Shown here piece after piece: positions 40,706-50,795 of a stretch of 64,000 bases of DNA. Each line of letters opens with the position of its first letter. Within the stretch, counting starts at the first letter, position 1. A program made the translations under genes and the position numbers. The notes under the pieces were generated by a model. The model ran no database searches. It saw only the letters and a program-made list of their open reading frames with translations, and was not told the origin of the DNA. Origin of the DNA: an uncultured Candidatus Rokubacteria bacterium (lineage in GTDB: Bacteria > Methylomirabilota > Methylomirabilia > Rokubacteriales > CSP1-6); contig CAVYTA010000007.1 in the NCBI GenBank assembly GCA_963771355.1, forward strand, positions 640,001-704,000, given 5' to 3'.

Positions 40706-41971
40706 GTGGCCCGCCCCGCGGACGTGGCCCGCCGCGCGCAGGGGAGCGCGCGCGCGCCGAGTGCGGTGTGGGGCACCGCCGCCGGCCTGTGCGCCCTCCT
40801 GGTCGGGATCGGCCTTGCGCGCTTCGCCTACACTCCCCTCATTCCCGCGCTGATCGCCGCCGGGTGGTTCAGCCCCGCCCACGCCGCGTACCTCGGCGCG
40901 GCCAATCTGGCCGGCTATCTCGTGGGTGCCCTGGCCGCGCGGTGGCTGGCCGCGCGGGTGCCCGCCGCCCACGTGCTGCGCGGCATGATGCTGGTCGCCA
41001 CCGCGGCCTTCTTCGCCTGCGCGACGCCCCTGTCCTTTCTCTGGTTCTTTCTCTGGCGCTTCCTGGCCGGTCTGGCCGGCGGCTCGCTCATGGTGCTCGC
41101 GCCGCCCACCGTGCTGCCGCATGTGCCGGCCGCGCGGCGCGGCCTGGCCGGCGGGCTGATCTTCACCGGGGTCGGCCTCGGCATCGCCGCCTCGGGCACT
41201 CTGGTGCCGCTGCTCCTGCGCGGCGGACTGGTGGCCACCTGGTGCGGTCTGGGCGTCCTGGCTCTCGCGCTCACGGCGCTGTCGTGGCGCGGCTGGCCCG
41301 CGGGCTCACCGGTGGCGTCGGCGGCGCCGTCTCACGTGGACCCCGCGGGCGGGCGCGGCGGCATGGTCGGCCTGGCCCTGGCCGCGCTGTTCGTCGAGTA
41401 CGGCCTCAACGCGACGGGCCTGGTGCCGCACATGGTGTTCCTGGTGGATTTCGTCGCGCGCGACCTCGGCCGAGGTCTCGCCACGGGCGCCGCGTACTGG
41501 GTGGTGTTCGGCGTGGGGGCGCTGCTCGGACCCGTCGCCTCGGGCGCGGCAGGGGACCGCATCGGCTTCGGCCCCGCGCTCCGACTCTCGCTGCTCGTCC
41601 AGGCGGCGGCGGTCGCGGTGCTCGCGTTCACCGCCGCGCCCGCCGTGCTCGCCATCTCGAGCTTCGTCATCGGCGCCTTCGTGCCCGGCTGCTCCACCCT
41701 GGTGCTGGGCCGCGTGCGCGAGCTGCTGCCGGACGACCCCGCCGCCCAGACCGCGGCATGGAGCCGCGCCACCATGGCGTTCGCGCTGGGCCTGGCGGTC
41801 TCCGCCTACGGCTTCTCCTTCGTCTTCGAGCGCGCGGGCGGCTACGCGCTCCTCTTCGCGCTGGGGGGCGCCGTGCTCCTCGTCGCCTTCATCCTCGATC
41901 TCGCGGTAACCCTGCGGTCGCCCACACCGCCGCGGCCGGGAGCAGCGCCAGCAGCGCGAACGGCAGGCTGA
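40706..41971 (+). CDS. MFS transporter (YbfB/YjiJ family)
   Basis: GIGLARFAYTPLIP, ANLAGYLVG, HMVFLVDFVAR; start uncertain. Confidence 0.88.
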   Translation: MARPADVARRAQGSARAPSAVWGTAAGLCALLVGIGLARFAYTPLIPALIAAGWFSPAHAAYLGAANLAGYLVGALAARWLAARVPAAHVLRGMMLVATAAFFACATPLSFLWFFLWRFLAGLAGGSLMVLAPPTVLPHVPAARRGLAGGLIFTGVGLGIAASGTLVPLLLRGGLVATWCGLGVLALALTALSWRGWPAGSPVASAAPSHVDPAGGRGGMVGLALAALFVEYGLNATGLVPHMVFLVDFVARDLGRGLATGAAYWVVFGVGALLGPVASGAAGDRIGFGPALRLSLLVQAAAVAVLAFTAAPAVLAISSFVIGAFVPGCSTLVLGRVRELLPDDPAAQTAAWSRATMAFALGLAVSAYGFSFVFERAGGYALLFALGGAVLLVAFILDLAVTLRSPTPPRPGAAPAARTAG

Positions 41972-43061
41972 AGCCGCCGGAGGCCGAGAACAGCGCGCCG
42001 ATCGCGGGCGCGCCGAGGATCACCACCAGCGACCCCACCGTGCTGACCACGCCCAGCACCGCGCCGGTGGCGTCGGGCCGGACGCGGCTGGCCAGCACGA
42101 GCATGCCGGGGTAGGACAGCGACGCGGTGATCCCCACGAGGACGACGGCGCCCAGCGCCGCGCCCAGCGGCCGCCCGGGCCAGGCCAGGAGCAGGAGCGC
42201 CAGCGCGCTGCCGGCGAGCATCCAGCGAATGAGGGCGCGGGCGCCCACGACCCCGCGCGCGACCAGGAGGCCGCCCATGGGGCGGCCCACCATGCCCAGC
42301 AGCGCGGTCTGGGCGCCGAACATGCCGGCCAGGGTCAGCGCCAGGCCGAACTCCTCGACGAAATACACCGCGACCCAGGTCCCGAGCACCACGGTGAGCC
42401 CGAAGGTGGCGCCGTTCACGAGGCCGAGGCGCCACGCCGCCGGGTCGGCGAAGACCGACCGCATCGCGACCGTTCCCCGCCGCGGCGACGTCGCGCGCGC
42501 CCAGCGCAGCCAGAGGCCCAGGGCCACGACGAGGGGCGCCGCGCAGAGGGCGAGCGCCCCGCGCCAGCCCAGGCGGGTGGCGAGGAACGGCAGGACGAAG
42601 ATCGCGATGCCGATGCCGAGCTGCATGGAGCCGCCCAGCAGCCCCTGGGCGAGCGCGCTCCGGGGTCCGCGCCAGTGCGCGTTGGCGTAGTGACCGGCGG
42701 CGATGAAGGAGGCGCAGACGCCCACGCCGGACAGAAGCCGGAGGGCGAGGAGGCTGCCATAGCCCGGCGCGGCCGCCATGCCCAGCGTCGAGAGCAGCAG
42801 GATGGCGAGCGAGCCCGCCATCATCCACTTGGCGCCCAGCCAGTCGGTGAGCTGGCCGACCGGGATGGCGAGGAGCCCGCCGCCGAGGAAGGTCACCGTG
42901 GACAGCAGTCCCGCCTGCGCCGGCGTGATGCCGAGCTCGGGCATGATGAGGGGCAGGAGCGGCGCGTGGTTGATGAGGATGAGGGTCTGCGCGCTGGTGA
43001 CCACGCACGGCAGGAGCAGCGAGGGCTCGTCCCGGCGCTCGGATCCCCTCGGCCCGCTCAC
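41889..43061 (-). CDS. MFS transporter
   Basis: About 12 hydrophobic segments; GQLTDWLGAK (motif A), GWR. Confidence 0.85.
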   Translation of the reverse strand: MSGPRGSERRDEPSLLLPCVVTSAQTLILINHAPLLPLIMPELGITPAQAGLLSTVTFLGGGLLAIPVGQLTDWLGAKWMMAGSLAILLLSTLGMAAAPGYGSLLALRLLSGVGVCASFIAAGHYANAHWRGPRSALAQGLLGGSMQLGIGIAIFVLPFLATRLGWRGALALCAAPLVVALGLWLRWARATSPRRGTVAMRSVFADPAAWRLGLVNGATFGLTVVLGTWVAVYFVEEFGLALTLAGMFGAQTALLGMVGRPMGGLLVARGVVGARALIRWMLAGSALALLLLAWPGRPLGAALGAVVLVGITASLSYPGMLVLASRVRPDATGAVLGVVSTVGSLVVILGAPAIGALFSASGGFSLPFALLALLPAAAVWATAGLPRDRG

Positions 43062-43091
43062 GTCCGGCGACTATAGCGCAGATTCGCTGTC

Positions 43092-43120
43092 TTGACGCAC
43101 TGCCGCATGGCGGCTACTCT
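43092..43120 (+). promoter_or_regulatory. Sigma70-type promoter for the cyclase gene
   Basis: TTGACG-N17-TACTCT, followed by RBS GGAGGG and GTG at 43144. Confidence 0.6.
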
Positions 43121-43143
43121 TGGGCGCACTGGAGGGGGCCCCC

Positions 43144-46100
43144 GTGAAGTGTCCGCGCTGCCAGATGGACAACCGGGCGGACGCGCGCTTCTGCGAGGAG
43201 TGCGGCGCCCGGATGGAGCAGTCGTGTCCCGCCTGCGGCAACCCGGTCGGCGCGGGCAAGAAATTCTGCGGACACTGCGGTGTCGCCCTCACCCAGAAGA
43301 GCGCCGACCGCGCCGCCGCGCCCGAGAGCTACACGCCGAAGCACCTCGCCGAGAAGATCCTCACCTCGCGGGCCGACCTCGCCGGTGAGCGCAAGCAGGT
43401 CACGGTGCTCTTCGCCGATCTCAAGGGGTCGATGGAGCTCCTCGCCGACCGCGACCCCGAGGAGGCGCGCCGGCTCCTCGATCCCGTGCTCGAGCGGATG
43501 ATGGAGGCGGTGCACCGCTACGAGGGCACCGTGAACCAGGTGATGGGCGACGGGATCATGGCGCTGTTCGGCGCGCCGCTCGCCCACGAGGACCATGCGG
43601 TGCGCGCCTGCTACAGCGCCATCCGCATGCAGGAGACGGTGGGCGCCTACGCGGCCGAGCTCCTTCACAACCAGGGCATCGACGTGCAGATCCGCGTGGG
43701 GCTCAACTCGGGCGAGGTGGTGGTGCGCTCGATCGGCAGCGATCTCCACATGGACTACACCGCGGTCGGCCAGACCACTCACCTGGCCGCCCGCATGGAG
43801 CAGCTCGCGCGCCCGGGCACGAGCCTCATCACCGCGCATACCCTGCGGCTGGCCGAAGGCTTCATCGAGGTGAAGCCGCACGGCCCCGTGCCGGTGAAGG
43901 GGCTGGCCGAGCCGGTGGAGATCTTCGAGGTGGTGGGGGCGGGGCAGGTGCGCTCGCGCATGCAGGCGTCGGCCGCGCGCGGGCTCTCGCCCTTCGTGGG
44001 CCGCGACGCCGAGATCGATCGCCTGCGCCACGCCCTGGAACGCGCACGCACCGGGCACGGGCAGGTGGTGGCGCTGGTGGGCGAGCCCGGGGTGGGGAAG
44101 TCGCGGCTCTTCTGGGAGTTCACGCACTCGCACCGGATCCAGGGCTGGCTCATGGGCGAGGCGGCGGCGCTGTCCTACGGCAAGCTCACGCCCTACCTGC
44201 CGGTGGTGGGCTTCCTCAAGTCGTATTTCCAGATCGACGACCGCGACGATGCCCGCCGCATCCGCGAGAAGGTGACGGGCAAGCTCCTCACCCTGGACGA
44301 GACGCTGCGGCCCGCGCTGCCCGCCTTCCTCACGCTGCTCGACGTGCCCGCCGACGATCCGGAGTGGCCGGGCCCGGACTCGCCGCAGCGGCGCCAGCGC
44401 ATCCTCGACGCGCTCAAGCGCCTGCTCCTGCGCGAGAGCCAGGTGCAGCCCCTGCTGCTCGTGTTCGAGGACCTCCACTGGATCGACTCCGAGACCCAGG
44501 CCTTCCTCGACAGCCTCGTGGAGAGCCTGCCCACCGCCCAGATCATGCTCCTGGTCGGCTACCGGCCCGAGTACCAGCACGGCTGGTCGAGCCGCAGTCA
44601 CTACACCCAGCTCCGCCTCGACCCCCTGCCGCCGGCGACGGCGGATGAGCTGCTGCGCGGTATCGTGGGCGAGCACGAGAGCCTGGGGCCGGTGAAGAGT
44701 CTCCTCGTCCAGCGCACCGAGGGCAATCCGTTCTTCCTCGAGGAGTGCGTGCGGACGCTCGTCGAGACCCAGGTGCTGGTGGGCGAGCGCGGCGTGTTCC
44801 GGCTCGTCAAGCCGCTCACCACCATCCAGGTTCCCGCCACCGTGCAGGCGGTCATCGCCTCCCGCATCGATCGCCTCGGGCCGGAGGAGAAGCGGCTCTT
44901 GCAGGCCGCCGCCGTCATCGGCAAGGACGTGCCCTTCACCCTGCTGGCCGTCACCATGGAGATGCCGGAGGAGACGCTACGCGCGCGGCTCACGCGGCTG
45001 CAGCAGGCGGAGTTCCTGTTCGAGACGGGCCTCTTTCCCGACCTCGAGTTCAGCTTCACGCACGCCCTCACCCACGGGGTGGCCTACGGGAGCCTGCTGC
45101 AGGAGCGGCGGCGCACGCTGCACGCGCGCATCCTGAGCACCGTCGAGGCGCTCTACCCGGAGCGGCGCACCGAGCAGCCCGAGGTGCTGGCCGATCACGC
45201 CTTCCGCGGCGAGGTGTGGGGGAAGGCGGTGACCTATCTCCGCCAGGCCGGCGCCAAGGCCGCCGCGCGCTCCGCCAACCGCGAGGCGGTGGCGCTGCTC
45301 GAGCAGGCGATGACGGCGCTGCAGAATCTGCCCGAGGGGCGCGAGACCTCCGAGCTGGCCATCGACGTGCGGCTCGAGCTGCGCCCGCCGCTCTTGCAGC
45401 TGGGCGAGCTGCAGAAGGCGCTCGCGCTCTCGCAGCAGGCCGAGAACATGGCCACCCTGATCGGCGACGAGGGGCGGCTGGCGCGCGTGTACACCTATCT
45501 CATCAACTACCACTATCTCAAGGGCGAGCCGGACGCCGCCATCGACTACGGCGAGCGGTGCCTGGCCATCGGCGAGGCAGGGCAGGACGTGGCGCTGCAG
45601 TCCCTCGCGCGCGGCTACATGGGCTACTCCTACCACGCGCAGGGCCGCTATCGGGAGGCGGAGGCGGTGCTGCTGCAGAACGTGGAGCGGCTCGAGGAGG
45701 TGCGCGCCACGGACGGCGGCGCGGCCACCACGGTGTCCTATGCGTCCTCCACCGGCTGGCTCGCCTTCTCCCTCGCGGAGCTGGGCGAGTTCGATCTCGC
45801 CGCCTCCTACGCGGCCATGGGCCAGCGCGCCGCCGAGACCGAGCGCCATGCCTACGCGCAGGCGATCGCCTGGACGCTGGCCGGGCTGGTGGCGCTGCGC
45901 CGCGGCCACATGGAGAAGGCGCTCTATCTGCTCGAGCGAAGCCTGGAGGCCTGCCGGGACAAGCAGCTCACGGTGTGGCGGCCCATTCCATCCTCGCTCC
46001 TCGGCCTCACCCGCGCGCGCCTGGGCCGACCCGAGGACGCACTGCCCTTGCTGGAAGACGGCGTGCGGCTCAGCGAGGAGCTGGGCGTGAAGGCTTATCT

Positions 46101-46734
46101 GGCCTCCTGGACCGTGAACCTGGCCGGCGGACTCCTCGCCGCGGGGAACATCACGCGGGCGCGCGAGACCGCGCAGCGGGCGCTGGACCTGGCCCTGGCC
46201 CACAAGGAGCGGGGGCACCAGGCCTATGCGCTGCGCCTCCTCGGCGAGATCGCCGCCCGGTCGGAGCCCGCCGACCTGGCGCTCGCCGAGAAGGACCTCA
46301 CCCAGGCGCTGGCCATCGCCGAGGAGCTCGGCATGCGCCCGCTCCTGGGCCGCATCCATCTCTCGCTGGGCGAGATGTCCCGCCTGGGCGGCGACCACGG
46401 CAAGGCCGAGGGACACATCTTCCACGCCATCAGCCTCTTCCGCGCGATGGACATGCGCCACTGGCTGGAAGAAGCGGCCGGCCAGCTCAAGGCGCTCGGC
46501 CACCTTCTGGTGGTCGCCCACTACAACCTCGGCCTCTACGATTTCCTCAAGGAGCGCTTCGCCGAGGACGCGGACGTGACCGTGGTCCTCGACCGCCGCA
46601 AGGGCGAGCGCCGGCGGCCCGGCCCGGCCTCCGGCTCCCAGCGCCGCGGCCCCGACCGTCGCACGCCCGAATTGACCGATGGCGCGCTCCGGCTGCACGG
46701 TTTCGTGGCGATTCCGACCGAGCCGCCCCGCTGA
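43144..46734 (+). CDS. Double zinc ribbon - class III nucleotide cyclase - AAA/STAND ATPase - TPR protein with Arg-rich C-terminal domain
   Basis: Four CxxC pairs; LFADLKGS and MGDGIMA; Walker A GEPGVGKS; Walker B FEDLHW; GNPFF; TPR-like helices. Confidence 0.92.
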   Translation: MKCPRCQMDNRADARFCEECGARMEQSCPACGNPVGAGKKFCGHCGVALTQKSADRAAAPESYTPKHLAEKILTSRADLAGERKQVTVLFADLKGSMELLADRDPEEARRLLDPVLERMMEAVHRYEGTVNQVMGDGIMALFGAPLAHEDHAVRACYSAIRMQETVGAYAAELLHNQGIDVQIRVGLNSGEVVVRSIGSDLHMDYTAVGQTTHLAARMEQLARPGTSLITAHTLRLAEGFIEVKPHGPVPVKGLAEPVEIFEVVGAGQVRSRMQASAARGLSPFVGRDAEIDRLRHALERARTGHGQVVALVGEPGVGKSRLFWEFTHSHRIQGWLMGEAAALSYGKLTPYLPVVGFLKSYFQIDDRDDARRIREKVTGKLLTLDETLRPALPAFLTLLDVPADDPEWPGPDSPQRRQRILDALKRLLLRESQVQPLLLVFEDLHWIDSETQAFLDSLVESLPTAQIMLLVGYRPEYQHGWSSRSHYTQLRLDPLPPATADELLRGIVGEHESLGPVKSLLVQRTEGNPFFLEECVRTLVETQVLVGERGVFRLVKPLTTIQVPATVQAVIASRIDRLGPEEKRLLQAAAVIGKDVPFTLLAVTMEMPEETLRARLTRLQQAEFLFETGLFPDLEFSFTHALTHGVAYGSLLQERRRTLHARILSTVEALYPERRTEQPEVLADHAFRGEVWGKAVTYLRQAGAKAAARSANREAVALLEQAMTALQNLPEGRETSELAIDVRLELRPPLLQLGELQKALALSQQAENMATLIGDEGRLARVYTYLINYHYLKGEPDAAIDYGERCLAIGEAGQDVALQSLARGYMGYSYHAQGRYREAEAVLLQNVERLEEVRATDGGAATTVSYASSTGWLAFSLAELGEFDLAASYAAMGQRAAETERHAYAQAIAWTLAGLVALRRGHMEKALYLLERSLEACRDKQLTVWRPIPSSLLGLTRARLGRPEDALPLLEDGVRLSEELGVKAYLASWTVNLAGGLLAAGNITRARETAQRALDLALAHKERGHQAYALRLLGEIAARSEPADLALAEKDLTQALAIAEELGMRPLLGRIHLSLGEMSRLGGDHGKAEGHIFHAISLFRAMDMRHWLEEAAGQLKALGHLLVVAHYNLGLYDFLKERFAEDADVTVVLDRRKGERRRPGPASGSQRRGPDRRTPELTDGALRLHGFVAIPTEPPR

Positions 46735-46747
46735 GGGCTCCGCGCGC

Positions 46748-47020
46748 ATGCAATCCCTCCATTACGTGTGCGCGATGCTGTTCGGCGCCTGGCTCGGCGC
46801 GGGGCGGCCCGACTACGCGCGCGGCGCCATCTGGACCTTCGGGGTGGCGCTCGTGCTCACGCTCCTCACCATGGTGATCGAAGGGATGCGCTCGCCCCCC
46901 GAGGTTCGCAACGCCCTCGGGCTGCCGAACGGACTCTTCACCTCCCTCTACCTCGGCACCGTCTTCGCGATCTCGGTGGCGGCCATTCTCTCCGCCGCCT
47001 TCTTTACCTGGCGGGCATGA
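46748..47020 (+). CDS. Small hypothetical membrane protein
   Basis: 90-aa hydrophobic ORF with high-GC codon pattern. Confidence 0.55.
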   Translation: MQSLHYVCAMLFGAWLGAGRPDYARGAIWTFGVALVLTLLTMVIEGMRSPPEVRNALGLPNGLFTSLYLGTVFAISVAAILSAAFFTWRA

Positions 47021-47396
47021 GGTGCTGAAGCCGCTCGACACAGTCAGGCTGTTGACTTCCGCTTGCTCGCGGGCCGCCCGGCGCCCAAGGGCCGGCGCTA
47101 TCGCGTCTGGCTAAGGCGGGTTGAGCGGATTGACCGCCAAGCTAGAGCATGGATGGTCCGCTGGGACCAGCGATGGGGCCCGAGCCTGCGCGGGGAGCGC
47201 GACACGTTCAGACGACTTCAAAGACTGACCCGACACACGGCAGGGCGGTTCTAGTGTTGACGTTCTCACTCCCGTGGGAGTTAGACAGCCGCGTGCCACT
47301 TCCCGAGGTGCGGGCACTCTGACCTCGCCCCGCTTGGCTACCAGGACAGTTCTCGGGCGCTCCCAGCCCTCCGAACCCCACTAGGCGGGTCTGACC

Positions 47397-47651
47397 ATGA
47401 CTTTCGAAGAATCTCCGCCTATAGCAAGCCCGGACGGCGTACGTGCGCCCGCTGGGACCCCGTGCTAGCCTCCCGGACGTGCCCGGTGTGCCTCAAGGCC
47501 CCGCTGACCAACCGTCAGGAGGTCTGCTCCGGCGGGTGCCGGGCGGCCCGGAGCCGGCAGCGGAAAGCCGAAACCCGGCGGGAACGCGACGCGGAGATCC
47601 GGGCGGCTGCTCGCAGCGGCGCTGAAGAAGCTGCAGGAGGGCGTGCCATGA
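47397..47651 (+). CDS. Small CxxC...CSxxCR zinc-finger protein, with two homopolymer frameshifts
   Basis: RTCPVCLKAPLTNRQEVCSGGCRAARSRQR; corrected tail EIRRLLAAALKKLQEGVP* overlaps the next ATG. Confidence 0.55.
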
Positions 47652-50600
47652 ATCGGCGAGTGACTCCTGTGAAAGGCAAGCAGAGCCCGAAGCGTCGGGG
47701 TGCAAAGCCTGCGAAAGCGAAGGTCGAAGCCAAGCGTCCGGTCGCCGCACAAGTCGCGGAAACACGAAGGCGCGAGGGTGGGCGACCTGGAGAGGCGCCT
47801 GGCGGAGGCGTTGAAGCGCGAGGATGCGGCGCTGGAGAATCAGACCGCCACCAGCGAGATCCTGCGGACCATCGCGCACGCGCAGAGCGACGTGCAACCG
47901 GTGTTCGACACCATCGTCCGCAGCGCTGCTCGGCTTTGCCACGCCGTCAATGCGGCGGTCTTCCTGACCGACGGCACGATGCTCTACCACCCGGCAAACT
48001 ACGGCCGCTCGCCCGAGGCGCTCGCTGCTGTCCGCGCTCAGTATCCAAAACCCTTGGATGCGGACACGACGCCCGGCAGGGCGATCCTCACGCGGTCGGT
48101 CGTCCAGGTGCCAGACATCGAAGCGCCCTCGGCACACGAGCACGTGCGGCAAGTCGGGCGCCTGCTCGGGTTCCGGAGCGTCGTCGCGGTGCCGATGCTG
48201 CGCGCCGGCGAGGCCGTCGGCGCTATCAACGTGTCCCGCCGGGAGCCCGGAGGTTTGTCGGGCGCTGAAGTGGAGCTCCTGAAGACCTTCGCCGACCAGG
48301 CGGTTATTGCCATCGAGAACGTGCGGCTGTTCAAGGAGCTTCAGGACAAGAACCAGGCCTAAGCAGCGCACGCGAAGTTACGAGGCGCTGCAGCAGCAGA
48401 CGGCGACGAGCGAGATCCTTCGTGTTATCTCGAGCTCGCCGACCGACGTCCAGCCGGTGTTCGACACGATCGTTCGAAGCGCGAGCCGGTTGTGCGGCGG
48501 CGAGTACGCCATCGTCACGCGCTTCGACGGCGAGCTCCTTCATCTCGCCGCTCAGCACAATCCCCGGCCTGGCACCGCTAACGAAACGGCAGGATTCTTC
48601 CCACAGGTCCCGCGCCGTGAGGCATCGATCGCGGCACGCGCACTCATCGATGCTGTAGTCGTCCACGTAGCGGACGTCGAGACCGAGGAACTGGACTCGT
48701 CGGCGCGTGAGACATATCGGCGGGTTATGTTGCGAGCAGCGGTCGCTGTGCCGATGATCCACGAGGGTCGCCCCATTGGCGTCATCGGCGTCTCCCGCGG
48801 GACACCCGGTCCTTTCTCGCGCCACCAGATCGAGTTTCTCCAGACCTTCGCCGACCAGGCCGTCATCGCCATCGAGAACGTCCGGCTGTTCAAGGAGCTG
48901 GAGGCGCGCAACCGCGATCTCACCGAGGCGCTCGACCAGCAGACGGCAACGAGCGAAATCCTGCGCGTCATCAGCAGCTCGCACACCGATCTCCAGCCGG
49001 TGTTCGACGCCATCCTGCACAGCGCCGGTCGGCTATGTGACGCCACGTTCGGCGCCCTTCAGCTCTTCGACGGCGAAGAGCTCACGCTCGATGGACACTA
49101 CGGTATATCGCCCGAAGACGTTGCGATGTTGCAGGCGGAGGTCTTTCCGATGCGCCCGGACGTGGGGAGCAGCATTGGTCGTGCGATCATCCGCCGCGCC
49201 ACCGTGCACATCGAAGATATCCGGAGCGATCCGCAGTTCAAGGTGTCTGCGCTGCAGACCCGCGAGGAGTATCGAACGGCGCTTTCCGTTCCCATGCTAC
49301 GTGGAGGCGGGGCGGTCGGTGTGATCAACCTGTGGCGGCGCGAGGTGCGCCCTTTCTCGCAGACGCACATCGACATGGTGCAGACCTTCGCCGACCAGGC
49401 CGTCATCGCGATCGAGAACGTACGGCTGTTCAAGGAGCTCAAGGCGCGGACGGGGGAACTCACGCGTTCGGTCAACGAACTCACGGCACTGGGCGAGGTG
49501 AGTCGGACGCTCAGCTCATCGCTCGACCTCGAGACCGTGTTGCGGACGATCGTCATCCGGGCGAACCAGCTCGGCGGCACGGCGGGCTGCGTGATCTGGG
49601 AGTACGACGAATCTGGGGAGGCGTTCCGCCTTCGCGCGAGCCACTACGCCGACGAGCGCGACGCCGCGATCCTTTCTGGATCCGGGGGCGTGACTACGAT
49701 TCCGAGGGGACAGGGTCTCACGACCCAGGTGGTTGCTCTGCGACAGCCGGTCCAGATCTCTGATATCGCGGCCGAGGGCGCCTATGACAGTCCCGTCCGG
49801 CAGCCGCTGATCGACGCGGGTCATCGTGCGCTGCTCGGGGTGCCCCTGCTCAGCGAGGACGAAGTCATTGGGGTCCTGGCCGTCACTCGCAAGACGCCGG
49901 GCGAGTTCGAGCCGGATGTCGTCCGGCTGCTCAGCACCTTCGCCACCCAATCCGCCCTCGCCATCCAGAACGCGCGGCTATTTAGGGAGATCGAGGTGAA
50001 GGGCCGGGAGCTGGAGGCCGCCAGCCGCCACAAGAGCGAGTTCCTCGCCAACATGTCACACGAGTTGCGGACGCCGCTGAACGCCATCATCGGATTCTCG
50101 GAGGTACTGAGCGAACGGATGTTCGGGGAGCTGAACGAGAAGCAGGAGGAGTACCTGAAGGACATTTACGCGTCTGGCCAGCACCTGCTATCCCTCATCA
50201 ATGACATTCTCGATCTCTCGAAGATCGAGGCCGGCCGCATGGAGCTGGAGCTGGCCGACTTCCACCTGCCCCAAGCCATCGAGAATGCCCTGGTCCTCGT
50301 GCGGGAACGGGCGCTGCGCCGGCGGATCACGCTGGAGCAGTCGATCGATCCGCGCCTCGGCGAGATGAGGGGCGACGAGCGAAAGATCAAGCAGGTACTC
50401 CTGAACCTGCTCTCGAATGCGATCAAGTTTACGCCCGAGGGCGGCAGGATCGAGGTACGCGCGAAACCCGTGAACGGAGCCGTCGAGGTTTCCGTGAGCG
50501 ATACCGGGGTCGGCATAGCGCCCGAAGATCAGCAGGCGATATTCGAGGAGTTTCGGCAGGTGGGGACGGCAGCGAAGAAGGTGGAAGGCACCGGGCTCGG

Positions 50601-50715
50601 CCTGGCCCTGTCGCGGAAGTTCATCGAGTTGCATGGCGGGAGGATCTGGGTCCAGAGCCAGGTGGACATCGGCTCGACGTTCACGTTCACGATCCCGGTG
50701 CGCCGTCGCGAATGA
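47648..50715 (+). CDS. Soluble four-GAF sensor histidine kinase; frameshifts near 47745 and 48358-48380
   Basis: Three repeated QTATSEILR...TFADQAVIAIENVRLF GAF units plus a fourth GAF; H-box ANMSHELRTPLN; NLLSNAIKF, DTGVG, GTGLGL. Confidence 0.88.
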
Positions 50716-50720
50716 GGACG

Positions 50721-50795
50721 TCAAGGCCGCCAAGGCTCTCGGCCTCGCGATCCCGCCGTCTCTCCTGGCAGCGGGCGGATCAGGTGATCGAGTGA
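50721..50795 (+). pseudogene. Isolated 3' end of an ABC substrate-binding protein gene (direct repeat of 51708-51781)
   Basis: Encodes KAAKALGLAIPPSLL(fs)RADQVIE*; the last 24 nt are identical to the end of the next gene. Confidence 0.8.

Noticed and set aside
47025..47050. AAGCCGCTCGACACAGTCAGG as a degenerate copy of the tRNA-Lys 5' end (possible att site)
   Set aside because: Similarity is too weak and gapped to distinguish from chance.
47063..47254. 63-aa basic ORF at the left edge of the accessory block
   Set aside because: No convincing start, RBS or recognisable family; may be a remnant, but this cannot be supported from the sequence.
47830..49445. Regularly spaced long direct repeats resembling an array
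   Set aside because: They are coding GAF-linker repeats about 540 nt apart; no CRISPR repeat-spacer structure or cas genes occur in the window.
50633..50794. N-terminal extension of the ABC substrate-binding ORF given in the ORF track
   Set aside because: It overlaps the kinase end and the orphan 3' remnant; the true start is the MERRSFL ATG at 50795.
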